A DNA stretch of 33,850 nt from positions 1 through 33,850 of the forward strand of contig JACQAF010000161.1 of NCBI GenBank assembly GCA_016195145.1. Direction: 5' to 3'. Position 1 is the stretch's first letter; every line of letters starts with the position of its first letter. Below are positions 18,136 through 26,059 of the stretch, one piece after another. The position numbers and the translations under genes are program-made. Origin of the DNA: Rhodospirillales bacterium. GTDB lineage: Bacteria; Pseudomonadota; Alphaproteobacteria; CACIAM-22H2. Below the pieces are notes generated by a model. The model made no database searches and was not told the origin of the DNA. It was given only the letters and a program-made list of their open reading frames with translations.

Positions 18136-19221
18136 TCAGAGAACGAGCGCGACGGCAGGCCGCGCCGCCGGCGATCCGGCCGCTAGCGCGATTTCGACCG
18201 TCGCCCGGTCGAGGTCGCGGGTGATGAAGACAATGCGCGAGCGGCGGTCCGCATCCGGCCAGGTCGGCAGCCAGACCGGCGGGTGAAACAGGCGCTGCAC
18301 GCCGTGGATGACCGCAGGCCGGTCGCTGCCGGCAATATTGATCAGCCCCTTCATGCGCAGAAGATCGTCCCCGCGATGAATCGCGAGGCTGTCGAGCCAC
18401 GCGGCGAGCTGGTCCCATTCGAACGGCGTGTCGTAGGTAAGACAGAACGAACGGATGCGCGCGTCGTGGCGGTGCGCAGCGCGGGATGCGCGGTCGTGCC
18501 CTGCATCGCCTTTGTCGCCGCCGCCCGCTTCGTAAGTGTCTGCCGCGAGCCAGGCCCGTGCCTCCGGCCCATCCCGGCCGGTATCGAAACCGTCGCCGTC
18601 GAACAGATCGGCCGGCACCGCGCTGTCGGCGGCCCGGCGGGCGATCGGCGCCGCCCGATTGAGCCGCTGCAGCCGAGCCGCGAGCCGTACAATCTCGGCT
18701 TCCGCCGCCAGATCGGTTTTGGTCACGATCAGCCGGGTGGCCGAGGCGACCTGTTCGACCGCTTCCATATGCGCATCGAGCGTCCGCCAGCCATTGACCG
18801 CATCGACCGTCGTCGCCACCGCCGTCAGCCGGCAGCGCGCCACGATCAGCGGATCGGACATCAGCATGATCAGGACCGGCGCCGGGTCGGCAAGGCCCGT
18901 GGTTTCGATCACGATCCGCCGGATCGACCGGCCGGCATGCTTGCCGCGCCGGTCGAGCAGACCGCGCAAGGCCCGCGCAAGATCGCCATGTGAGGAGCAG
19001 CAGAGACAACCCGAATCGAGCAGGATGGTGTCTTCCTGCGCCGTTTCGATCAGGGCATGATCGATGCCGATCTCGCCGAACTCGTTGACGATCACCGCCG
19101 TGCCCATCATTGCCGGGGTCTTGAGCAGCCGGTTGAGCAGGCTCGACTTGCCGCTGCCGAGAAAACCGGTGACGACCGCCACAGGAAGACGATCATCGGG
19201 GGACGGACGAATGGCGTTCAT
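18136..19221 (-). CDS. COG0523/CobW-family metallochaperone GTPase
   Basis: Motifs VTGFLGSGKS (Walker A), VNEFGEIGID, GCLCC, IETTGLADP, TKTD, LRMKG and HGVQ. Confidence 0.92.
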   Translation of the reverse strand: MNAIRPSPDDRLPVAVVTGFLGSGKSSLLNRLLKTPAMMGTAVIVNEFGEIGIDHALIETAQEDTILLDSGCLCCSSHGDLARALRGLLDRRGKHAGRSIRRIVIETTGLADPAPVLIMLMSDPLIVARCRLTAVATTVDAVNGWRTLDAHMEAVEQVASATRLIVTKTDLAAEAEIVRLAARLQRLNRAAPIARRAADSAVPADLFDGDGFDTGRDGPEARAWLAADTYEAGGGDKGDAGHDRASRAAHRHDARIRSFCLTYDTPFEWDQLAAWLDSLAIHRGDDLLRMKGLINIAGSDRPAVIHGVQRLFHPPVWLPTWPDADRRSRIVFITRDLDRATVEIALAAGSPAARPAVALVL

Positions 19222-19323
19222 AACGTCAACCTGCTCCTTCGGTGTCGCATGCAACGATTGTCATGGGCAGTCCGCGCCAACCGCCGCCGGCGAAGAATCC
19301 GGCGGACGGCGGCGGGTATCGAT

Positions 19324-19896
19324 TCACCGTGCGTAATAGGCGCGCAGTGTCGTTTTCTCGATCAGGTTCTGGTTGAGATAGAAGCCGACCATCGCCGCCG
19401 GCGCGTTCTCGTCGAGCGGCAGCTTGTCGGTCTTCAGCGCGTGAACGGTGAACTCGTAGCGATGCGGCTTGTCGCCCGCGGGCGGGCAGGCCCCGCCAAA
19501 ACCCGGCTTGCCGAAATCGGTCCGGCTCTGCACGCTGCCGGCGGGGACGAGTTTGGCCCCTGCATTGCCGGCGTTCTTGGGCAGGGCGGTAACGTTCGCC
19601 GGAATGTTGAAGACGACCCAGTGCCACCAGCCGCTACCGGTCGGCGCATCGGGATCGTAGACCGTAATGGCGAAGCTCTTCGCCTCGGCCGGCGCTCCTT
19701 TCCACTGCAGGGCCGGTGAGACGTTTCCGCCCTCGCAGCCGAAGCCGTCGAACACCTGTTCGTCGGCGAGCTTGCGCCCCTCCTTGATATCGGCGCTCGA
19801 AACCTCGAAGCCTTGCGCGTTCGCCCCGGCCGCACCCGCCAGGACCAGCGCCGAGGCCAGAACCGCGCCCTTCGCCATCGTACCGATCGTTCCCAT
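19324..19896 (-). CDS. YbhB/YbcL-family (PEBP/RKIP-like) periplasmic protein
   Basis: Signal peptide; GCEGGNVSPALQW, YDPDAPTGSGWWHWVV and GACPPAGDKPHRY. SD GGAGG precedes ATG19896. Confidence 0.92.
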   Translation of the reverse strand: MGTIGTMAKGAVLASALVLAGAAGANAQGFEVSSADIKEGRKLADEQVFDGFGCEGGNVSPALQWKGAPAEAKSFAITVYDPDAPTGSGWWHWVVFNIPANVTALPKNAGNAGAKLVPAGSVQSRTDFGKPGFGGACPPAGDKPHRYEFTVHALKTDKLPLDENAPAAMVGFYLNQNLIEKTTLRAYYAR

Positions 19897-20070
19897 CATA
19901 ACCTCCATCCCATCGTGACGTTTGAATGTGGCGCGGGAGAGAGCCTGACTGGACTGTCCCTCGCGCCTCTTCGGGACGATCAGGTACCACGGCGAAAATT
20001 TACGCGATGTTCGCAAACAGCCGTTTTCTGTTCGCAACCGTTCAACCGCCAAAACGGTCGGCGAAGACGC

Positions 20071-20120
20071 AGAAAAGAAACTCCCCGCGCCGGTTTCCCG
20101 ATGGGAATCCGGGCGGGGAG
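20071..20120 (-). terminator. Rho-independent terminator after the alpha/beta hydrolase gene
   Basis: Long GC stem (CTCCCCGC...GCGGGGAG with an inner CCGG..TTCCC/GGGAA..CCGG stem) followed on the minus strand by TTTCTTTTCT. Confidence 0.75.
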
Positions 20121-20158
20121 GATCGCGCTCGCGCGGAGCCCTAAGCGCTGGCCCGTTT

Positions 20159-21121
20159 CTAGTCCCCGTTGACGAATTTGGCGATCACCGCAGCCGCATC
20201 GTCGGACACGATATCGGTGAAGAAGTGATCCGCGCCATCGACGATCGCGGTACGCACGTTGGGGTTCTTCTCCTGTTTGACCCGGCCGGCGAGGTCGGGG
20301 ACGACCATGTCCACCGTTCCGGCGACGACCAGAACCGGCGTGCGGATCTTGGAGAAGAACTGGGGCGAGTCCATCTCGCCATCGTCGCGATAGTAGGACA
20401 CGAACGTATCGGCGCGGACGGCCGCGTCAGGGCAGTTGAGGAAGCCAATCCCGCGCATCATTTCGCTGCCCTTGCCGGCGGCAACGAGCTTTTCCGCATC
20501 GGCCAGGCGCGCGGGCAGCGGCGCGTTATGGGCCATCTCGTAGCCATCCCTGACCCGCTTTTCGTCCCAGGTCAGCGGCGCCAGCAAGACGATACGCTTG
20601 ACCGCCGGGTCGATCTTGCCAGTGCCGTAGCGCATGACCTGGTTGCCGCCGCGCGAGAAGCCAAGGACGGTGACATCGCCCGCCCCCTGCCCCTTCAGCC
20701 AGTCGACCCAGGCGACGATTTCGCCCGCCGCGTCCTGAAGGCGGTGGGTCTGCGGCAGGCTGAAATCGGCGACGCCGCGCCGGTCTGAAACGTTAAGGCT
20801 AAGGGTGACGGCCAGGCTGGACACGCCCTGCTGGCGCAGCGTCGCCTGCAGCTGCTTCATCGTTTCCTGGCCGCTATGCGCCATCGTGCCGTGAACCATC
20901 ACGACCACGCCGTCCTTCCACGTCTTGTTCGGCGCGAACACCGCCTCGCCGAGCAGTCCCATTCCCTTGTGATCGGCCCGCACCTCGACGGCTTGCGCCG
21001 GCGCCGCTGGAACCGCTATCGCCAGCATGGCGATGCCGATAACCCCGGCCGCCAACCGCATCGCGCGCCCGGCCGCACCCGTTTTCTTGTTACAGATCGT
21101 TCGCTCAGATCGTTGCTTCAT
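20159..21121 (-). CDS. Secreted alpha/beta-fold hydrolase
   Basis: Signal peptide ending AQA; VHGT oxyanion motif, GFSRGG nucleophile elbow, GTVD and GADHFF (Ser-Asp-His triad). SD GAGGAGG. Confidence 0.82.
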   Translation of the reverse strand: MKQRSERTICNKKTGAAGRAMRLAAGVIGIAMLAIAVPAAPAQAVEVRADHKGMGLLGEAVFAPNKTWKDGVVVMVHGTMAHSGQETMKQLQATLRQQGVSSLAVTLSLNVSDRRGVADFSLPQTHRLQDAAGEIVAWVDWLKGQGAGDVTVLGFSRGGNQVMRYGTGKIDPAVKRIVLLAPLTWDEKRVRDGYEMAHNAPLPARLADAEKLVAAGKGSEMMRGIGFLNCPDAAVRADTFVSYYRDDGEMDSPQFFSKIRTPVLVVAGTVDMVVPDLAGRVKQEKNPNVRTAIVDGADHFFTDIVSDDAAAVIAKFVNGD

Positions 21122-21160
21122 CTTGGTATGCCTCCTCAGTTATGTTTCGTCGTTGCTACG

Positions 21161-21292
21161 TCACTTGCCCACCAGGAACGCTTTCGCTGCCGCCAGCTCC
21201 GGGCGTGCCGTATCGTCGGCAGCAGCCGGTTGCGCGGCAAAGTCGCCGACGGCAAGCGATTGCGCGGAGACGAGAAGAAAATTTCGACGCAT
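21161..21292 (-). CDS. Small 43-aa ORF with signal-peptide-like N-terminus (peptide or gene remnant)
   Basis: GGGAGG-ACAACC-ATG, then MRRNFLLVSAQSLAVGDFAAQPAAADDTARPELAAAKAFLVGK*. Below the ORF-track cutoff. Confidence 0.4.
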   Translation of the reverse strand: MRRNFLLVSAQSLAVGDFAAQPAAADDTARPELAAAKAFLVGK

Positions 21293-21395
21293 GGTTGTCC
21301 TCCCGAACCAGACAACCCCCCGGTTTTCCGGATGTCGTGTATATTAGTACCGCGTAAATTAGTTATTAGAGTAGACAAAAACCCGAGCGCCAAAT

Positions 21396-21411
21396 CATGA
21401 TAGCGATCATG
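21396..21411. promoter_or_regulatory. FNR-box-like palindrome CATGAT-N4-ATCATG over the Crp/Fnr start codon
   Basis: Perfect 6-bp arms with a 4-bp spacer, resembling TTGAT-N4-ATCAA. Confidence 0.6.
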
Positions 21412-21945
21412 TCGGAGACGATAATTCAGCATCTGCGCGACCTGCCGGGGACCGAACGGGTCTTCGACGAGGGAAAATTTCTGTTCCATCAGGGCGATAC
21501 GGTCGCGGTCCTCCATGAAATCCTGGACGGATCGGTGTCCCTGGCGCGCCATCAGGTCGATGGCGCCCTGGTCGTCACGCAACGCGCCATAACCGGCTCC
21601 ATCCTCGCCATGCCGTCGCTTTTCGCGGATGTCTATCATTGCGACGCCATCGCCGATCTACCGACCCGCACCCGATCGGTCGCCAAACCCGCGCTCTATG
21701 CGCGGCTGATCGAGCGGCCGAGGCTCGCCGCGGCGTGGCACGAACGCCTCGCCTCGGCGTTTCACAACGCCCTGCAACGGGCCGAAATCCTGTCGCTCAA
21801 AACCGTCGCCGCCCGCCTCGATGCCTGGATCGCCGCGCATGAGGGGAAATTGCCGCCGAAGGGCGAATGGAAAACGATTGCCGACGAGATCGGCACCAGC
21901 CCCGAGGCGCTCTACCGCGAGCTTGCCAAGCGCCGCAAGGACTGA
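21397..21945 (+). CDS. Crp/Fnr-family transcriptional regulator
   Basis: cNMP-binding-like domain (LFHQGD, GSVSLAR, YHCDAIA) and C-terminal HTH (IADEIGTSPEALYRELA). The true start may be ATG21409. Confidence 0.88.
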   Translation: MIAIMSETIIQHLRDLPGTERVFDEGKFLFHQGDTVAVLHEILDGSVSLARHQVDGALVVTQRAITGSILAMPSLFADVYHCDAIADLPTRTRSVAKPALYARLIERPRLAAAWHERLASAFHNALQRAEILSLKTVAARLDAWIAAHEGKLPPKGEWKTIADEIGTSPEALYRELAKRRKD

Positions 21946-22046
21946 CGCGCCAGTCCACGGGCCTCTGTCCTCTTGTTTTTCCGCGATACCGAAATACCGC
22001 CATCGTTGCAGACACGAGCCCGAGACTCCCCGCCAACATCAATCGC

Positions 22047-22077
22047 TTGAGTCTGTAGTCCATACAGACAGTACAGT
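22047..22077 (+). promoter_or_regulatory. MerR-type promoter/operator
   Basis: -35 TTGAGT (22047-52), 19-bp spacer, -10 TACAGT (22072-77). Dyad GTCTGTA-N5-TACAGAC (22051-22069). Confidence 0.8.
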
Positions 22078-22171
22078 GGGGATGCCTGCCCGGGTTTATG
22101 GCCGGAAGCGCGCAATCGAGCGCGACGCCGAAGGGCGATTTGCAACGACCCTTGCCGATAAGGAGAACGCC

Positions 22172-22960
22172 ATGACCAAGCCTGCCCCCGTTCGCACGGC
22201 AAAGCCCGCGGTGACATTGCGCGCGAAGACAGCGATGCCCGACTGGTCGGCCATCGCCAGCGAGCCGGCGGCCGCGGTGCTCGAAGCCATATTTGGCATG
22301 TTCGGCAAGGGCGACCGGCTGGCCGGCATCGACGAAGCCGAGGATCGCGTCTGGCGGGCTATTCAGGAGATTTTCGCTTATTCGGATTTGCCGCCGACGA
22401 CCCCAGCGATTGCCGCCGCGACGCGGCTCGATGGCAATACCGTGCGCCAGGCGTTGCAGCGCCTGCGCACGCGCGACCTCATTGTCGTCGACAGCGAAAC
22501 CGGCGATATCCGCGGCGCCTATCCGTTTACCCTTGTGCCGACCGAGCACCGCGTGACGCTGGGCGGTCGCGAACGCCTCGCCATGTGCGCGATCGACGCG
22601 CTTGGCATCGGCGCCATGTGCAGGATGGATACGGTCGTCAACTCGGCATGCCGCCACTGCAAGGCGAAAATCGCCGTGCGGACGGAACAGGACGGCCGCG
22701 CCCTTTCGGCCGTCTCGCCGCATGGCGCCGTCGTCTGGGCAGGTCTTGAATACGCCGACGAATGCGCGGCGACATCGTTGTGCCGCGTGCTGGCGTTTTT
22801 CTGTTCCGACGCGCATCTCGATCTTTGGCGGCGGGAAAACGACGCCCGGCACGGTTATCGTCTTTCGATGGCCGAGGGATTGCAGGTCGGCCGGGCGATT
22901 TTCGCGCCGATTCTCGCCGACGCGCCGCCCCTTACGGCCGCCGCAGCCGCCCGCGCCTGA
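22172..22960 (+). CDS. merB: Organomercurial (alkylmercury) lyase family protein
   Basis: Motifs [21 protein letters not shown] (catalytic Cys/Asp), SACRHC and [11 protein letters not shown] (second catalytic Cys). SD AAGGAG precedes ATG22172. Confidence 0.87.
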   Translation: MTKPAPVRTAKPAVTLRAKTAMPDWSAIASEPAAAVLEAIFGMFGKGDRLAGIDEAEDRVWRAIQEIFAYSDLPPTTPAIAAATRLDGNTVRQALQRLRTRDLIVVDSETGDIRGAYPFTLVPTEHRVTLGGRERLAMCAIDALGIGAMCRMDTVVNSACRHCKAKIAVRTEQDGRALSAVSPHGAVVWAGLEYADECAATSLCRVLAFFCSDAHLDLWRRENDARHGYRLSMAEGLQVGRAIFAPILADAPPLTAAAAARA

Positions 22961-23078
22961 CCAGCCGCGACGGGCGCATCCGGGGCAAGACTCGGGGCGG
23001 GGAGTGCACTATTCTCCCCCGATCCCGCGCCGATTCTCCGTCGGCGCCCTCTCCGCCCCTCTCGACCGGAACCCGCTC

Positions 23079-23717
23079 ATGGCCTCTTTCCCCAACGTCA
23101 CCGTCGTCTCCCACCCGCTGATCCAGCACAAGCTCAGCCTGATGCGCGACAAGGAGACTTCAACCGCCGCCTTCCGCCGGCTGCTGCACGAGATCGCGTT
23201 GCTGCTCGGCTACGAGGTGACGCGCGGCCTGCCGCTCACGACGCGGCGCATCGAAACGCCGCTGGCGGCGATGGACGCGCCGTTCATCGAGGGCAAGAAG
23301 CTGGTGGTGGTGCCGATCCTGCGCGCCGGGCTCGGCCTCGCCGATGCGCTGCTCGAGCTCGTTCCCTCGGCCCGCGTCGGCCATATCGGGCTTTATCGCG
23401 ATCCGAAGACCCGCGCCGCGATCGAGTATTACTGCAAACTGCCCGAGGACGTGACGCAGCGCACCGTGATCCTGTGCGACCCCATGCTGGCCACCGCCCA
23501 TTCGGCGATCGCCGCCGTCGATCTTCTCAAGCGCAAGGCGGCTGTCCAGATCAAGTTCCTCGCCCTGCTTGCCGCGCCCGAGGGCGTGAAAGCCTTCACC
23601 GCCGCGCACCCCGACGTGCCGGTCACCCTGGCGGCGATCGACGAGCGCCTCAACGACCACGCCTATATCGTGCCCGGCCTCGGCGACGCCGGCGACCGCC
23701 TGTTCGGCACGAAATAG
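23079..23717 (+). CDS. upp: Uracil phosphoribosyltransferase
   Basis: Motifs [39 protein letters not shown] and [17 protein letters not shown]. Confidence 0.97.
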   Translation: MASFPNVTVVSHPLIQHKLSLMRDKETSTAAFRRLLHEIALLLGYEVTRGLPLTTRRIETPLAAMDAPFIEGKKLVVVPILRAGLGLADALLELVPSARVGHIGLYRDPKTRAAIEYYCKLPEDVTQRTVILCDPMLATAHSAIAAVDLLKRKAAVQIKFLALLAAPEGVKAFTAAHPDVPVTLAAIDERLNDHAYIVPGLGDAGDRLFGTK

Positions 23718-23847
23718 GCGGTATCTCTACGCGTGCTATTTTTAAGAGGCGTTGATTCAACGGCACGGCATCATCGCCGGCTGACCCAGGATACGCTCTG
23801 CGGCCGCCGACAAACGATGGGGGATCATCCGACGCCCGCGCGATCAC

Positions 23848-23878
23848 GCCGGGCCTTCACGATTTCGGCCTCGGAGAG
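23848..23878. repeat. 31-bp direct repeat, copy 1 (copy 2 at 24932-24962)
   Basis: GCCGGGCCTTCACGATTTCGGCCTCGGAGAG vs GCCGGGCGTTCACGATTTCGGCCTCGGCGAG, 29/31 identical. Confidence 0.85.
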
Positions 23879-24014
23879 GCCCTACCGTCCGCACAGAGTA
23901 CGTTACCGATAAGAGCGCGCAACCGCGCTACCCGCTACAACATGCCCACCACAAATTCCTTGGCATTGACTACTCAGCAGCTATCAAATTTTTAATCAAA
24001 TTTGCCCACAGAAC

Positions 24015-24476
24015 CTAACTTGACTCCGTAATCGGAAAGTTTCTTATAGTATGCTCTCGGACTTTTCTGCGCTCGATTGATCGAAAATCAACCTGGATCG
24101 GCCAAACATCAGATGGCAAAATGATATCATTTTTCATATAAATACAGTATGTAATTATAGTTTTACAATAAAGCATTAGATATTCTTTTTCAGATCGTGA
24201 AAATTTATTAACATCATTATTGATCTGGCGTAAAGCTATTATCGTAGCCGCCACGGCCAAATCGTAGTTTCCCAATCGACTAGCCACGTTCCCACATAGA
24301 ATATTGACATTATAGGTAACAGTGGCTGAGGGCATCTCATCTCGAAAGATGTCATAGATCGCCTTTAAACAGAGCCATGCTTCCGCATATTTCTCTTGAG
24401 ACGCGTTATCGAGGGCCTTGTTCCAAAAAAGGGCCGCTCTGAATGCTCTAGCGAGCCTGCACATAGTGCCAAACAT
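24015..24476 (-). CDS. Hypothetical helical (TPR-like) protein, putative immunity protein
   Basis: AT-rich 153-aa ORF whose ATG directly abuts the TAA of the upstream toxin-tip frame. Confidence 0.6.
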   Translation of the reverse strand: MFGTMCRLARAFRAALFWNKALDNASQEKYAEAWLCLKAIYDIFRDEMPSATVTYNVNILCGNVASRLGNYDLAVAATIIALRQINNDVNKFSRSEKEYLMLYCKTIITYCIYMKNDIILPSDVWPIQVDFRSIERRKVREHTIRNFPITESS

Positions 24477-24919
24477 TTATTCGCCACCAATCTTTCCAGA
24501 AAAATTAACAGCGGCTCGAATCACCTCCATAAATTTCTCAAAGGGTGTCCTTGGTGTCGGGCTGTTCGCTGGACCAGGACTTGCAGACCCTTTTAGTGAA
24601 TCATAAAAGTGAATATCTTCCAAGTGCCTATCTTGGGTATATGCGCGAGTATTAGCGGTTGGATCTTTATTGACGTTCAAGTCGATTGACGGGCTTCGGG
24701 TAGGCCCTCCACCATAGCCTCTCCCGCCTCCCGCGCCGGCCCCCTCGGTAGCATCAATATCATGGGGACTTAAGCGAAGGCGGCGGTGACGGCGCCGTTC
24801 TGGAACTTGCCGCCGGCGAGGACGGAGGTCGTGCCGCCGATCACCGCGTGGCTGACCAGCCGCACGGCGAAGTCGTTGGACGGGATCAGCGGCCCGGCGA
24901 ACGATCCGGCCGCCGCCGC
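24477..24919 (-). pseudogene. Disrupted orphan polymorphic-toxin C-terminal cassette 2
   Basis: The pre-toxin repeat reads GSFAGP...GGKFQNGAVTAAFA* (TAA 24772-70). An unrelated ~100-codon tip follows in another frame (LSPHDIDATEGAGAGGGRG...FSGKIGGE*). Confidence 0.65.
24775..24909. repeat. 135-bp direct repeat (pre-toxin homology segment), copy 1
   Basis: 133/135 identical to 26460-26594. Both differences are synonymous in the minus-strand frame. Confidence 0.95.
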
Positions 24920-24931
24920 ATCATCCCGCCG

Positions 24932-24962
24932 GCCGGGCGTTCACGATTTCGGCCTCGGCGAG
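24932..24962. repeat. 31-bp direct repeat, copy 2
   Basis: 29/31 identical to 23848-23878. Confidence 0.85.
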
Positions 24963-25162
24963 CGTGCGCCCGCCCATCGTCGTCATCCGCACGGCGGTCG
25001 TGCGCTTCACCATTGACCGGTGCAACGCTACTGGATGCAGGGGTGGCGGTAGGGGTGCAAGCACGAAGTCAAGACTTTCTGAGGTAAAACCATCGCCCTC
25101 GCGCCAACATTTCGCAGTGCACTCATCAACAAATTCGCGACGCCGCAATCGTAAAAGAGAGA

Positions 25163-25530
25163 TTACATTTCTTTATCACGGGCGGCTTCCTCGTTCTCAT
25201 ACAATTCTGCCCATGCCATAGACTCAAGCTCGTTCTCGTGTATGAGCTCCCTATCCCGCAAATTTTCTATCAGCCCGCGCGCGACATGCACAAATACCGG
25301 CCATGAAACAATCGGGAACAGCGACGCCCCGGCGTGGCGCGTTGCCAAAACTATCTCAGCGATGTCGTTCTACCACAGCCCATATTTTTGCCCGATGATC
25401 GGCGGATCGATCCTGACTAACAGAAGATCGTCCCTGTGCTCGCTCCGCAACCGCCGCAACCGAAAGCAGCGCCGGGGGAATCAAGATCATGATCGTTAGA
25501 CGAGGCCAAATAGAAATCCAGCCGCGGCTC
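25163..25530 (-). pseudogene. Degraded hypothetical gene, putative orphan immunity protein
   Basis: A coherent ~120-aa protein is recovered by correcting one frameshift (G5 run at 25474-78) and one in-frame TAG (25372-70). Confidence 0.6.
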
Positions 25531-25720
25531 GTTCGGCTTCGAACAAGCCCCTTCACTGTCGGCCGCTCGGATCATTCTAAATGGCGGCGTCAGCCCCGGC
25601 GCGTGGCGATTATCGGAAACGGCTCAGGATCGGCATCACCGCCGCCGCCCGCACCGTGCGCTTCGCCAGAGACCCGGCGCGGCTCTGTTGATGGCTGTAG
25701 GACACAGAACGCTCAGAAAG

Positions 25721-26059
25721 CTAAATATCGAGTTGATACATCCACCAATAGATCGCCACGCATAGTCCAAGCACGACGATTCCAGCAATGAAATTTGTCA
25801 AGTATCTTTCCGCGCGCATTAGATGACGAGCAACCAAATAGTATATCACCACGAAAATCCCCGGGCCTGCCAACGCAGACGCCCCTAAAAAAAGCCAAAC
25901 CAGCGATAATCTCTCATCCGTTGCATAGGAGAGAAAGATTACACCCGCATCCCAACCCAATCGAATCATCGGCAGGAGAAGAATTGCTGCTGTTATGGAT
26001 GTGCATCCAGATATTATGCGGATCAATATTTTAAACCTAATCTGTCTATCGTTTCCCAA
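25721..26059 (-). CDS. Small multi-pass membrane protein, putative immunity protein of cassette 1
   Basis: 112 aa with about 3 hydrophobic segments; AT-rich; TTG start overlaps the toxin-tip 3' end. Confidence 0.6.
   Translation of the reverse strand: MGNDRQIRFKILIRIISGCTSITAAILLLPMIRLGWDAGVIFLSYATDERLSLVWLFLGASALAGPGIFVVIYYLVARHLMRAERYLTNFIAGIVVLGLCVAIYWWMYQLDI

Noticed and set aside
20030-20043. Possible alphaproteobacterial LexA box (GTTC...GTTC)
   Set aside because: The spacer is 6 nt, not the required 7. I also saw no LexA box upstream of the dinB-containing unit.
21946-22046. Divergent merR next to the MerR-type promoter
   Set aside because: Only about 100 bp are available, and the minus-strand ATG frame (MAVFRYRGK...) has no MerR HTH.
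21821-23078. Long N-terminal extensions on MerB (from 21821) and Upp (from 22602)
   Set aside because: They overlap upstream genes or the promoter. Better starts are ATG22172 (with an SD) and ATG23079 (where Upp homology begins).
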